A DNA stretch of 64,000 nt from Chrysomallon squamiferum (Eukaryota > Animalia > Mollusca). The notes below the pieces were generated by a model. That model was not told the DNA's origin. It did no database searches and saw only the letters and a list, made by a program, of their open reading frames with translations. A program made the translations under genes and the position numbers. Location of the stretch: the NCBI GenBank assembly GCA_012295275.1, contig CM022665.1, positions 21,886,001 to 21,950,000 on the forward strand, written 5' to 3'. This document shows positions 1-15,661 of the stretch, piece after piece (position 1 is the stretch's first letter; every line of letters starts with the position of its first letter).

Positions 1-556
1 TTAGTGTTTAATATATGCGCAGCTTTTAAAATATTTTGATACTCAGTTCAGTAACAGAAGTGTGTAATTTAGATGATCTTTTTACATACATAAAAAGCTT
101 AAATCATATTTACTTATATCCTGTACATCTGAAATGCTTAAGAAATATTTACAGTAATGTATTTAAAACCAGTTTCATCTTAAATGTTGTACTTAGCATA
201 GAATATCAGTTTAGCAATTATTAAGGGAAACAGACCTCACATTGTTTGTATTTGTTTCTTTAGATAGTTTAAAAAAATATATATATATTAAAACAAAAAA
301 ATGTAATACAACAAATATATAATATGGTTGCAGTTAAAAAGGTTACTTTACTAATATTTAAGATTTTGTTTGTGTATTTGAAGTTCTGTGCCAAATGTTT
401 ATCTTTCACCCAAGATGACCTCATTTATATATTATTTACAACAGCTGTTATGAATTTTTATCTAATCACTTAGTGTCTTAATGCCTGTCAAAAAGCACTC
501 AATTCTTTAAATTTACTATAAAGAAAACTTGGTTCAGTTTGGATTGTTGTAAACCA

Positions 557-663
557 GAATGGCCAATTTGATTTAGATTGATCTGTTAATAAGAATGGCC
601 AATTTGATTTATATTAGTTAACACAAATAGCCAATTTGATTTAGACTGATCTGTTAACAAGAA
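557..663. repeat. Degenerate tandem repeat, ~36-bp unit x3
   Basis: Unit GAATGGCCAATTTGATTTAGATTGATCTGTTAATAA recurs three times with mismatches. Confidence 0.75.
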
Positions 664-1180
664 TAATCTTTTTGATTAAAATAATGTTATCAAGAATTTT
701 GTTATAAAGAAATAAATTTTATTCTAAATTTTCATTTGGATTGGTGTACAGAATTAAACTTCTCTGTAGGTGCCTTTGTCTCCAAACTGCTGTCAAAAAT
801 TCATTTATTACTGTTTACAACAAAATCATATGATTTTATTAACTGTTATTCTGTTTTTCATTAAAATTATGAAATTACATGTTTAATTGAAATTCTTCTA
901 TTTTTAAATTTTTATTTTTATTTTTTTTTTCAATCCAAATTTTTGTTCGTTAGAAAAGGAATACTTGTATTCAGTTATAATTTTAAACTGATATAAAACA
1001 TTAAGTATTTGAGAATATTTAGCATGCTAGTCATGATGTGAATCTAGCCTTAGCCATGCAACAGTTTATATTTGTTTACTAGCTTGGCATGAAAATGCTG
1101 ATTTTACAGTTGAAATGCAGATTCATTACAACATTAAATAATATCTTTTTTTTTTTTTTTTTTTTTTTTTTAATCAGCCT

Positions 1181-1394
1181 TTTCACAACATTCGAATTAG
1201 GAATACTGTTTTTTTTATGATAAATGCTTGAAGATTTTTTTTCTCCCAAATTGTTTCATTCCAAGCAGATCACTGCAGTTTTTATCAACCTGTTCACAGC
1301 ATTGAAATTAAGAATACTGTTTATGATAAATGCTTGATGATTTAAAAACAGTTGTTTTTTTTTTCTCCCAAATTTTTCATTCCAAGCAGATTAC
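1181..1394. repeat. Imperfect direct duplication of ~100 bp
   Basis: TTCACA.CATT..AATTA.GAATACTGTTT..ATGATAAATGCTTGA...TTTTCTCCCAAATT.TTTCATTCCAAGCAGAT appears at ~1181-1273 and ~1293-1394. Confidence 0.75.
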
Positions 1395-1921
1395 GGTGGT
1401 GCAAAAATAGAATTTTTTATACATTTTAATTATAAGTATATAGTGAGCAAAAAAGGTATACATTTTTTGTAAGTGAAACAACAATTATCATTAAAATTTA
1501 CAAATTTTATTGCTAGTGATGAATTTTATGTCTTTAAAATGTCATGCATAACTGCAAATAGCATTGTCAGTCAAACTGAAATGTGTAAGTATCTGTTTTG
1601 TGAATTGTTTTATCAGTATGTATCACAGTCTGGGACAAAACTTGGACCAAATTTTGATTCAGATTTACACTTAATAGTTTTTTTGGGGGGGTTTGAGGGG
1701 CTGGTTTTCAGTTTTTCAAATCTCTGTTCTATAAACTTACTAGTTTTTCATTATATGATGTGAGTATTAAAGTTTTCTGTTTTTGAAATCATTGTTTTTA
1801 ATATATTATTGTTATGATTTAAATACTGCTTTATTAGCAAGATCACATATTATGCTAAACAACCATGAGTTAAGATAATGAAAGTGCCAACTAATGTAAT
1901 ATATGAACTTTGATCATGTTA

Positions 1922-1954
<33 letters not shown>

Positions 1955-3822
1955 CATTATTTGTTTTTTTCGTATGGTATACATTTTTATTTTATTTTAT
2001 TTTTTTTTAAGTTTTTAACAAATATTTGTTGAAAATGTATGCCTAAAAAAACAAAATAATAAAAACTTGAAATTTTAGAAACATTATCATATACTAATAT
2101 ATTCCAAATCATTTATTAATTTCAAACATTTTTTGTTGCTGTTTTTGTTTTTTTGTTTGTTTGTTTGTTTTAATTTTGTTTGCTGTTGTGGTTTTTATTT
2201 TGTTTTTCATTTTTTTAGATTAAAAGATATTTAACAAAAGCAATAATGTACCATGTTACAAAAATTTACATTTTTGAATTTCAAAATTCAGATTTAAAAT
2301 TCAAAGATTATATATATATATATATAACAAAATATGTTTATTACAGAAAAATGTGATTATATATCATAATTACTTTAATATGCATTCAATGAAAAAAAAA
2401 AAAAAATATCACATTTCTACCTTTATTAACCATATAAATTATGTACTTGAATGCATGTAAAACAGATGGAATATGTCAGTGCAGTTAATACATAATTATG
2501 TAAAAAAATCTTCAGAATGTTTGTAACATTTTAAATAGACTATAGTTACCTTTCACTTTTTTCTTTAAATTTAACAGAAAAAACAACAAATTTTTTTTAT
2601 TATTAACAGTTGGCATGATTATTTTATATATTTTTGTTATTTCTTCATGAGGCAGTTGGCTGCTCAGGGTTTTTAGTGCTATGTAAGTTGATATTGAAAA
2701 GCATATTACACTGGAGTGTTTTCTTTGTAACCATTTTTAGGCTGTTTCTTCACATAATATTGTTCTTAATGGTAATATAAATTGATTGTCAACTTCTTTT
2801 CAAATTCTTTTTCTGTATAATTAATAAATAAATGTATCCTTAAAATGTTGTTTGTTTGCTTTTCCTCTGGTGGCATGAATTAAAAATGTTATGAATGCAG
2901 TTGACTGGTGTGCAGCATGAGTGGGTTTCTGCATATTTACCTTTTGTTAATGATCTTTTGACACACCCTTTCTTACAAAGAACACGGCCCTTTCTCCAAC
3001 ACTAAGCTGCAGAATAAAGGTCACTATGCTTAAAGCATGCATGGTACTTGATAACCATCTATGACATTATCCAATAAAGTCAAGAATAATCATGTCTAAC
3101 AAAAATTAGGATTTTTATGATTTAAAAACCTTTAACTTCAGTTTTCTCAGATGAGAAATAGATACATCAAAGCTCCAAGAACGAAATGTATTTAACATTT
3201 AGTCACTTGTAACATTTTATTCTAAACAGGAAATAAACAAGTCTTGAAAGGCTACATTAATCTGTAATAACATTTTGGATATCAAAAATGTTTTGAAACA
3301 TAAAAAGCAATGAAAATCAATGTGTAACATATATCTTTATTTGCAACTAACTTGAGACATTATAAATGTTGAACAAATAAAGTTTAGTTGTTTTGTAAAA
3401 TATTTTGAAACAATTCAAGATAAATGTGAGAGAATGGCCAACACCTGTAAGTTGACAAAATGTGAGGATTGTTAAATCTCTTAAACCTATAATGAAGTGA
3501 AGTAGTTTTTTTTAAACAGCAATATGAAAAAAAGCCAGATAAAAAATAAAATAAAAAATAAAAGAAATGTCCTTTATTTCCTAATACAGATCAACTATCC
3601 ATTATCCTAAATCTTTTGTTAACAAATAAATAAATTAAATTTCATGTATGTGTATTAATATTAAAAAATAAATCATTACAGATTGAAGTTCTCAAAGTTG
3701 GCATTCCAAAACATGTAAGATCCTAAAACTTAGCAACAGTCCCACTATCCAGCTTTATTTTACTGACCTGCCACATTGCCATGGTAACTTCATGCCAGTT
3801 TTACAAAGTGCTTCTTGATGTG

Positions 3823-3858
<36 letters not shown>

Positions 3859-5339
3859 ACGTTTGTAGACATTATTAAACAGTTCTGCTGTTAAAATATG
3901 CAAACACCCAGGATCACCCCTTAATGACACTGATGAAAAGGAAGAATACAGTGTTGTTTTGGAGAAGTTAGACTCATGATCATCAGTGCACATAATGTGA
4001 ACTGTCTGGTGCTGGTTCTTCAACTGTGTTTTATTTCTGGTACATTAAAGCATGTACAGCATCCAGTTTATATGTACAATACATTAATGTTCCACGAGTT
4101 GGTACAACACTGGTGCAGAAAATGCAGAGTTTGGGAACTTAAACCTGTGTGACTATGTAAATATTTAGTTAATTCTGTATATTACATTATCTACTGAATG
4201 TTTTTCTTACAAATTAACACTATAGATATTTTTTGTCTGTGCCCAGGAAACGAGTGATAGTTGACCTGCAGAGAACATATGAAGAAAAATTATTATTTTA
4301 CATTAATAACTGATATAGCAAAAATTCATTCAAGCTTGTCAGTAACTAATTTAATGTTCTTGGAATGTAATTTGATAAACTGCTTTCCTTTAATGAAAAT
4401 TTATTATCTTTTTAACTTCTGTTAAAAGAATTTAAATTAATTCTCAGATTTGAACTCTTGAAAATGTGTCCTGAATTTAAATTTTTATATTGTTCTTGAA
4501 AATTCAATTTACGATATAACACTATTTCACAGCCTATTCAAAATTAACATTTAAAATATTTTATAACTATGAAAAAACCCATGTAACATGGGACTAAGTC
4601 TTGAGGAAAAAAAAAAGAAGAAGTTACACATTACTTATTAAAAAAGCAACTCAAAGAACTAAATGTGTACAAAATACTACAAGTTATTTTATAAAGAAGC
4701 TGAAATAAAACATCAAAGAAAAAGCAAACTAACTACTGAAGAAAATAGCACTGGCTGCTTTACTCCATACCACATCTACAATCAACATTTAGAAAAAAGA
4801 TCAAATTAAACGATTACATAACATAAATATTCATTTAAAAATCAAATACACAATCTGAATTTGTAGTATTTTTGAATCAACATTAATTATCATAATCATG
4901 GACAACACAATGAAAATAATAATAATAATAATAATAATAATGTGATAAAGTATATCAAAACAAAAACAAATTTATTGAGTAGAGATAAAATAAAATAAAA
5001 AATAAATAAAAACAGATACTGACTAATGGCTGTTCTATTTATGATTATTTAAAGAAATAAAAATATTTTTTATCATCTTGACAAACAACAATAACAATAT
5101 GATAAATTTATGTGGAGCATTATATCAACAGTTTGTACATCAAACAATAATTAACTATAAGTTTATTATGTACATACATTTTACACAAGTCTTTGTAATA
5201 CCATAGCAACCCTGCTTTATACTTATAGTCTTTATACTTTTAAACTGAAATGTTCATGTTAATAAAACTTAAAAAAAGAAAGAAAAATAAATTTAATTTT
5301 TCAATTCAATATATATAATTTTATATAAAAATAAAATTA

Positions 5340-5377
<38 letters not shown>

Positions 5378-8300
5378 TCATAATAACACTAATACTAATA
5401 AAAACCTATAAAACAATTTATTATTATTTTATGAAACTGGAGGCAATATTAACAGGCAAAAAATATACATGATAAAATATTTATCAAATCTGCCCAGAAA
5501 ACTCAGTGACAATTTTATTGTGATGATAAATTATAAATTTATTATTTTTGCAATCCTCATTTAACACTTCAATGAGCACAGTTCTATGAGCATCTGAACT
5601 ACAAAATAGCAATAAAATACAAATACAAATATTGGTCAGTTCTACATTTAACTACCCACAAACCAAACTACAAGTAATGCCTTGGGCATAAATAACACAA
5701 CACAACCAATATACTTGTTAGTTACCAATTTCTTTGTACCAACAATGAACAATTTTCATAACTTTATTTTTTATTTTTTTTGAGTTTTGAAAGAACCTCT
5801 AATTGAAGATGAACACTAAAAAATAATTATGCTTCAGTTAATTTTTATTTTTTTGTTATTGGTTAACTACAAAAATGTGAAACTGAGATCAGTGAAAAAG
5901 ACACCACCGTTTTTGTAGAGTACAAATAATTATCAGTAAAAAAATTTATTCAGAACTCTTCCTTCCTAATCTTAATAATAATAAAAATTAGAATTATAGA
6001 CATTAAACTGAAAATGTCCAAGACATATACAAAACTATGGACAACTCTAGAATATTATTAAAACTAATTCATTTGTAAGATAAGGATGTGTAGTATTTGT
6101 AATGAACATATATTCATAAGATAAAGCTATAAAATTATATACTGTATTTCATGTTTTGAAATGAACTGCAAGTATGAAATTTTATGATATGTAAATTTGA
6201 AAAACAAAAGCATTGTGAAAAGTGTGGAGAAAAGATCTGGCAAGTCAGTTTTTATGATATGTGAGTTTATAAAAATAATAATTAAAAATAACAATAAAAA
6301 TATTTATAATGTGTGGAGAGAGTAAGATCTGGCAAGTCTCTTTTTGTGGTAAATAAAAATATGGGTTCATAATGTAGCTTAAATCTTTCTCTTTTTTTTT
6401 GTTTTTTAGAAATATTTACATCTAAAACTATTAATTTTTCTTCATCAAAGATTCTGATTGCCAAATATTCTGATCAATTTTATTTTTTATTATTTTATTT
6501 TTTTAAATGTGTGGGCACACACCAGTAAGTGACATTTACAAATACAAATACAAATACCTGATTTAGGCATTTTCATAAATCATATCCATTTAATATAAAT
6601 GAACAGCTATTTATGAATTTTAAACAAATAAATATTTGTATTTAAAATTCATACAGAACTTTATTTACTTACTATTATAACTGCTATTATCATTCATCTC
6701 CCAGATTCTTTTATTATTTATAAAGATAAAGCTTGTGTATTAAATTATTTCATTAAGCCATGTTTTGTTGCAATGGCTAATGTTCTAGATAAATATTAAA
6801 AATGTAGCAAGTTACTTCCAAATGATGTGCCAAAATAATAAATATTATAATAATCAGATATGTTAAAATCCAAGAGTCTTACCATAGGCTGATATGAAAA
6901 AATATAAATAAATTATCTTCATTTTAAATGCAGTATCACTAAAACTATAAAATGTTTAGTTAGGCTTACTTAAATAAAACAGGCTGATTTCACAAAGCAT
7001 ATTTTGGTTTAAATATATGTGTTTAAGAAAAAACATTTTAAATTCAGCATAACATAGGCCTATCCAACATAAAATTATCACACATTAAAAATTAACATTA
7101 ACCATATTTAACAACTTGCTTAATAATTGCAGAATATACATCTGCACTCATGTGCATTTTCTGTGAACAGTTCAATTTAACAAAATCAAATCATCATAAT
7201 TACTGTAAACATTTTAATTACTGAATAAAATGAAATCATCATAATCTTGATATCCTACACAATATAAATTTCCTATAAATAAAACTTTTAAATATCACTG
7301 TATTGTTATTATATTAGTAAGTGTGTAGTATATTTTAAATATTTTGATTGATGATGTCAAGTTTGTAGCACATTATATTACAAATGTAAAACAAAAAAAA
7401 ACCATGACTAGCCAATAGAGATTTACCATAAACCAAGACAACACTCCTCAAAAAGGGACTTTTCAAGTCCAGCAGACAAAATTATGGGTAAAAATAATGA
7501 AAACAAATAAATAACCCATTATTCAGCATCATCGACTAGTAATATATTACTCTGTGAAACAGTACATTCAACTGTTTTGTAGTTATTTTTTTTGTTTCAG
7601 TAAAATTAAGAAATGATTTATCTAGCTGGATCCATGGATCTGTTTACAACTGCAGTTAACAATGAACACATTCCACATACTGATGTTGCCTCTTAAATAT
7701 TACACTGATTGCTATAGCAGTTACAATACATAAAGTTACACAGAAACTGTGGTGTACAGGTCAAGTTTTCAATGGTCCTGTACCATGCCTGCATACAATC
7801 TACTAGCTCAGTTAAAAAAGTTGACATTACATGGCAATATGCACTTTTTCTGTGAAAAGATTTAACAGTTTTGACAGCTGACAAGTCATTGTACTTATGT
7901 GGTTATTATTTCAGTATTTACTTATAAAATGACAATAAGACATGTTTAAAAATTAAACGCAGCCTGAAGATAATACAGGTTATAAAGCACATCCTCAACA
8001 TAAAGAATGATGGATGTTTATTATAAACTTTTAATTTTAACTTGGGACATTTCTTAGAGCCAGAATATCTCTGTCACTGAATATACAATATGGTAAATGT
8101 AAAAGAAAAAGTGTAGGTGAACTTATAGTTTTACTTGCCAGCTATTAGAGTATCAATTGTTAGAGGAAAGAACTGAAAATATATTGTGGTTTTACAATAT
8201 AAGTACTAAACCAGTTAAAAGCAATCTCATTTCTTGTGGTTAATTTTATCAAACCATGCTGCAGTCATAAACAGGTCTACAGGTACACTGATGAAATGAA

Positions 8301-8611
8301 ATCAATCCAGTGAATGCAAATTTTGTTTTTATAATAATAAAAATAATGTTTTATTTCATATACATTAAATATTGAAAAATATGGTAATAAATAGATAAAT
8401 AAAATAAATCAAAGGGCATAGAGCAGTATGTGTTTTATATTTACTGAGAACTGTCACAATTTTGTATCATTAATATTCTGCATTGTTCACTCAAAAAATA
8501 AATAAAATAAAAAAAGAGTAGAGCTTACAAAAATAATAATATAACTTACTATCAGCATAAAACCGAGCAAAATTAATATTTGAACTTATTATTCTTTTTG
8601 GTCAACAGAGT

Positions 8612-8650
<39 letters not shown>

Positions 8651-11600
8651 CTCTTATTCTCTTTGCCCTGGGTACTGGAAAATGTATTTGTTGGCTATTA
8701 GTCAGAATCTGATCTCAGAAAAATACACAACATTAATTAAAGCATCTTGTAGCAAAGGTAAAATGGAAGCTCTTTGTATAATAGGAACTGAACTGAACTT
8801 TATTTACACACTGTAGTATATCAGTATGTAACATTGATTGTTTTGTTCTTGACCCTAAAAAAAATTTATTAATGTGTATCAATAACATTTCAACAATCTG
8901 ACTGTATAACAAATAAATAAAAATAAAAATAAAAAATAAAATAAAATAAAACAAAAATTAAAAATGTAAGCTATGGAAATTCTGAGATAAGAAGAGTAAA
9001 CAAAGATATATATAGATTGTATTCACTGATAGACAACTATATTGTTTTTTAAATTATATATAAACATTTTATCATTACTGGAATACTTAATGCTCTTGCA
9101 GAATCACTGAAGATGTAATAGAACAAAATATCTGTAACCGTGAGAAAATGTGTATTTAAAAACACAGTGACTTGAGCAACAGTAACCTCAGCTCTCAAAA
9201 AAGTTAAAATGAACAAAATTATCATATTTTATTTAACTGTTTTAACAAATCAAACCGGGAAATGAAATGCAATAAACAAAAATTATAAATAAATACCAAA
9301 ACAAAAATGTACATGGTACCCAAACATATCACTATGGAAATTATTAAATGCTTTCACCATAAGCATAACCATTTAAAAAAGAAAAGAAAATGTAAATAAA
9401 TAAATAAATTAAAAAAAAATACTATAATTATTATTAAATAAATATCAGACAAATCACAACTATGTGGTGAACACAACCAACCAACCAAAAAATGGTTGAA
9501 CAAAAATAAATAATTATTCCAACAATTACAATTAAAATTTGATTTCAACATTAATTTTCACAATAATTAACCAATGTCTTTTAAACATTTATGATACATT
9601 TAATTAATACATTTTAAAGAATGTGATATTTTATTTTTTACTTTTGAGCTTCAATTTGTATTAAAAGCTGCCTGTGCTTATAGACTGGCCGGTAATGAAA
9701 TAGTTCAAAATGAAGTAATAATTTTCATTTGTAAACATAAATATATATTATATTTACAAAGATAAACAAATTTGCTAGTATTTATAAACATTATTTTGTG
9801 ATATTTATAAATTCAATTTTGTGTTTTTATAAAATTAATTTGATTGTACTTATACTCTGCTATCTTCTCAAAATATATAAAGTAATATTTATTGAACTTT
9901 ATTATGAAATCTACCAAAAACAATTATTTAATTATATGAAACAAATACAGTCTTCAATCATTGGGGATTTGATACCCTATTTTCAGTCACAACCTGTTCT
10001 TGACAGCTGGCAAATTAAAATTTGTGCAAATGAAAACTACAAATGTAACAAGTTTCTTCAGAAAATATTATGTCAAAATTACTTACTGGTAAAGCAGTTA
10101 TAAAAATTCATTAATCAGTTTTCTTTTGTGAAAAAGGATGGGATTCTTTATAATTATAAAATATCTGGTGTGCGATAAGAAGATAGCAGTATGCTCTACT
10201 TTTTACCTAAAACACATCAGGCAGCTATTTATGTGTATTTAGAAATAAACAGATTTGATACGATGTATCAGAAATCCAAAAGGCAATTATATTAAAACAA
10301 AAATGTGTTTATGTTGTGTATTTCAGTGTTATGAATAATGTGCAAATATTTTAAGGTTTTTTAACCAACAGTGATAGTTACCTACCAAATGTCAATTTGC
10401 ACACCAAACTTAAAGTTAAAAAGAAAGAGAAGAGAATGAAAAAATACATATATTAATAATCATAATAAGTAAATAAACAAATTAATCCACTGTTCAACAG
10501 TACACAAAAGTATAATTTGAAAAACAGAACACAGGTATGACAATCATTGCCATTGGCTGCTAAAAATAAAATCTGGTGTAACTAAAAACAATGAATGCTA
10601 CTTACAAATATATAAATTATTATTCCCTTTTTGTTTTTCTTTCATAGAATTCAATGTTTCTGTTAAATCATGATTTTACTCTACTCTAATTTAGAGTGTG
10701 AAATAAGCTTAGGTAATAAAAAAAATAGGTTAATAATCTAAAAAAAAAAAAAAAAAAAAAAGGAGATATTATTTCTGTATCTGACAAATTATTTTGTTTA
10801 ATAGATGTCTACCAAGTGATACGTATGCTGTATGTCTAGTTAACATAAAAAATGATACAAAAAAAATCTGAGGATTTTGGTTTATCCAGGTTGAGGATCA
10901 CATATCTGAAATTCCTAAACTGTTTCCATACAGCAGAAATAGTGATATTATACCAATTTTGGATTGTTTTGCATTCACAAACTTTATTTTGTGCACAAAA
11001 TTATTTAAAATATTATATAAAAAATCTGGCACACTGTTCATGTCAGTGGTATATGAAATATAAATGAAATTCGTATTTAGATTGGAATTTTTTCTCACGT
11101 TATCTCCACATATTCAAAAATACAAAACACTTCCAGTCATAACATTTTGAGTAAGGTATTTTCAACCTGCATTAAATTTCTGCACTATTTGATGGGCTGG
11201 TATATGATTCTAAGTGTACCAGCTACAGTTCTGTGGTATATTAAAACTTATTTCACACCCTACTTATATCCTACAAATCCTTTAAATATGTATCAACATT
11301 TTTTATAAGCTGATATAAAAAATGTTTGATGCAGATTTATCATGCTAATGTCCTACCAATATACACTGGTGGAAAGAACTGTGGATTATTTTTTTCAACA
11401 GTATTGTTTTTATAATCTTTGGCTTATGCTATTCCAGTTAATCAAGATGCTTTAATATTAGTAACATATGTACATCACTTGAACATAACATATAAATAAA
11501 CGGCAAACCGGCATAAATAAATTAATGTTAATAATAATAATGATAGAGTAAAAGTTATTTTCAAACATTATATTATACTAGAACACATTTTCCCCCCTCA

Positions 11601-13925
11601 TTTTTGAACAATTACTTTCAGTTTTCTTCCAATTTAAAGAACTTACACAAATAAAGAAAGAAATAAAATTAATGCTAATAAAAATGAAAATTTACAAATT
11701 TGAAAACAGAAGAAAAAGTAAAAATAAAATGTAAATAATTTTAATTTAATGTCATGGAAATTTGTATTTTATGAAAGACATACAAAACCTACAAAACAGA
11801 TTTATCTTGTAAATTTTTCCTATTTTAATATTATATCTTTATAATTTCAAACAGAAATAAATTTACAATCATCATTTACTAACAAAAACAAAGAAATAAA
11901 ATGCAGACTGGAAGATATACACAACAAATTTCACAAACAGAAGCAAAATGGCATAAATATCACAACCCAAAGTCAAATATCATTTGCAAACATAAATATA
12001 TGTTTACTTAACAGAATAATCAAATACAAAACATGACAATGTAAAAGGGAATGTGCATTTAACAAAATGTGCATAATTCTGCATCCTGTGCTTGGCAAGG
12101 TGTATGTAAACTTTACTTATAAACAGTGAGTTTAATAAAAATGTAAATTCTCACTACTAAGATGACATATTTTAAATTTGGTGTTTGTTTAAAGATACAA
12201 GTTTTATGTACAGATCTAAGGAGTGATACTCGTATACCAAGCTTTGTCAACCAAATTCATTTCATCCTGAAATAATAAGCATTTTGAGAAACTGCTGATC
12301 TGCATCTCACTTGTTACAAACACTTTTATTACTATTGTTCATTTATTATTATTTAAGACTGTTTCTCAAAATCCATTACAAGGCATTTTGTCTACATTGA
12401 GAATTCATCTGTTAATTATAAGTTAATATAACATATAATATGGAATGATCATTTACTAACTGTTCTAATTTTTCAGTTTTAGTTTTGCATCAGGCAAACC
12501 ATATTTTGATTTGAAACACAAAATTGCAAATAAATAAATATACAAATAATAATAATAAATAAAACATATATACATAAGAATAAAAATAATTTTAAAACTT
12601 GAATAAATAATTAAAATTAAGAAAAAAGAAATTCTGCTAATTACATGCAATATGATCACAAATAAAACAAGTTAAAGACAAAGAATGTATAACCTGGCAC
12701 CAAAATAACTAGAAACATATTCACAAAATGCTGTGTGTTGTTTAGTACACAATAAACAGCAATGAAAACAACATATGGGGAAAGGTGGGTGTTTAAATAT
12801 TACACCAGATCTGATCACAGTCTTCATAATTCAACTTATTTCACTTTTATCTTTGAATTGGATAATAGTGATTTTTTTTTTTTTTTAAATATTTATAAAT
12901 CTTTGACAGTACTGAACTTTTGTTTTAATCAGATCAATTTTGAATATATTATTTTGTAAGTAGAGGCTATCAGACTTCCAAAAATAAATAATGAAAAGTT
13001 TGTTTTGTTTTTGTCTTGTTATTTTTTGTTTTCAATTTAAGTACCTTAATTATTACCCTTATCCAAGAGAACACAAATATAACTCTGTGTCATCAAAAAT
13101 TATTAATGTCAGGTCAAAATGTCAACTTTCAAAACAGTTTAAAACAAAAATATTTAACATTGTCAGCTTTATATTTCTAAGTTTACAAATAAATCCAGTC
13201 TTTAATATATATTTAATATTATATATTTATCACTGGATACATAAACTATATACATCCAAAGAACTAACAGACTAAAGAGAAATCCAATTTATTAATTTAT
13301 GTATTTATTATACTAAAAAGAAAAAGAAAAGAAAAAATTTAAGAAATAAGTAACATGTTAAATAATTTCAATGGAAAAAAAAGTAAATATACAGCAAAAA
13401 AAAATAAAAAAATCACATCATAACTAAATGGTAATAATTATAAACACTTGCCAAATCAGGTAAGACCTTTATGTGATCTGTGTGTTATTATGAGATCATG
13501 GAGATCAACCACTGGATATAATACTTATATCAAATTTATTATCTGTTTCTGTTTGATTCATCAGTTTCAAATACAATACAAAAAAGATCATTTGTAGGAG
13601 GAAACTAATGTACTAACAGAACACTAACATAAATTATCTAAATTTGACTGGCAAATAAAAACTTTACATGTTAGCATGTCACAGGCACAATGTTAAGTGG
13701 TAGACTCTATATATCAAGGCATATATTAATACCAGTATTTAACATCCACACCAACCCCCCCCCAAAAAAATTAAAAATAAATGTCAACCAAACAAGTGAC
13801 ATCAGCCATCTTGTTACACTTCAGCAACAAATGGAAGTCTGGACAGCAGTGTATTGTATAGTCCCATTTCTTCTCGAAAAAGCATTAAATCCTAAGGACG
13901 TACATATCACCGTGGCGACTAAGAA

Positions 13926-15629
13926 TTAGACGTTTGTACTGAGCTGCGAGAGAGATCTGATTAGAGCACTCTTCTCCTCTTCCAGCTGTATATTGAGATC
14001 CTCAAGATCATCCATTTCCTGAAATTAATTTAAACAAACAATATCAAAATACAGTATTAATAAATCCATAATAGTCCAAATTTTTATTTAAAGAAAATGG
14101 CTTATAAATGACAAAGATATTTAGTATTTTTCAAGTTATGGTTTTGTTTACAGAAACCAATCTTTACTAATGGTAAAATATGACATATAAATAATGATGC
14201 CATAAAATAAAATAAACTTAAATCATTTACACCTTTTGTAGTTACAACTGTGATGTCATTTTACCAATTAAGGAAAAATTAGGTATAAGAATAACATTTT
14301 TAATTGTAGCTGAAATATGCAACAACAAAACAGTTGAAGACTTTGGTACTATGTAAATACAAATGATTAGATTGCCCAAATACACATCAGAACAGCAGAC
14401 TTTTTTTTATACATTAAATGCACACATCCATAATGTAAAAAAACTGAGACAGAAATAAGAAAAGAGAAATTCTTCTACTGAAGGAAGTATGCTTAAAAAA
14501 TTTTAAGTGAAAAAGTGTGGATTTTGTCAATGAAAAAATTTATAAAATATTATACAGGTAAAGCTGTCCGATTTAAATGAGAAAACAATGTAATATACAC
14601 ACTCTTGTATATAATAATAATAATTAATTAAAACAAAATTAAAGACAAAATATTTATTAATTTCACAAATCATTTATGATTTCAGTAATCATGATAAGAC
14701 AGAAAACTACTACTGACTGTCATTTTGCTACTCACTGCTTAGTTTTGAGGAATTTTATTGAAACACGCATGCATGCACGCACATGCACACGCACACACAC
14801 GCACGCACACACACACACACACACACAAAGTAAAGCACAATCCACAGTCAATGATAAACTGAATGTTGGGTAATGATTGGTGTGGTAAGTAGTTCAGTAT
14901 ATAATCCCAGTTAACAATCACATTTCAGACCTACACTTTAACCAACAGACCATTAAAAAGAAAGAAAGTGAAGATGAAAAATAATGAGAGCAAAACCACT
15001 GAAATGTGAAGATAAATAATATATAAAACACTCCAACTTCACAAACTACTTCTAAAACTAAAACTACATGAAACAAAAAAGAGAGAAAATAAAATATATA
15101 TTGCATTTAAAAAAATAAAAAAAAATAAAAATTTGTACTGCAATAAGGAATCAAATAATATTGATCAAGTCAAGCCCAATCCATGGTTTTGGGGTTTTTT
15201 TTCTTTCTTTCTTTCTTTAAAAACAAAAATAAAAGATAAAAAAATTAAAATTAAAAAAGGTTAAAAAGAGAAGAAAAATTAACATAACAAGTTTCTATTG
15301 TAAAAATTTGTGGGAATAAAAATGTACATGCCTAATGACAGTGGCAAAAGGGAAAATAATACATTCAAAACAACAGGACAACTGACAACAAATAACTGTT
15401 ACCATGGATACCACGATGACCTTTGTCCTTATTAATAGTGCTGCAAGTGCAAGAAAAAAAATGGAGTAATTTACAGAATTTTTTTTTTACCCCTCCTTTT
15501 TTTGTGAAGTAAAGTACACATGAAATATACTGCTATATTTTTATCTAATTCATTTCGTAAAATATAAATATTAATTCATCACATCTCCTAAACAAAACAA
15601 TATTATATGTGTTTCACTAACTTACTAAG

Positions 15630-15661
<32 letters not shown>

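Noticed and set aside
557-663. 36-bp repeats as a possible CRISPR array
   Set aside because: No unique spacers, degenerate units, eukaryotic context, no cas genes.
2940-3010. Exon-like segment on minus strand (TTCTGCAG...AAG|GTAAAT)
   Set aside because: Stops in all three frames and no partner exons; at most a noncoding exon.
36-13929. Many 60-100 aa ORFs in the left 14 kb and similar ones in introns
   Set aside because: Low-complexity F/I/L/Y/K-rich translations of AT-rich DNA, often with non-ATG starts, no recognisable motif or consistent splice phase.
15400-15445. Possible extra PAWR exon between exons 5 and 6
   Set aside because: Immediate stop (HY*) in the required phase; exons 5 and 6 already join into a continuous coiled coil.
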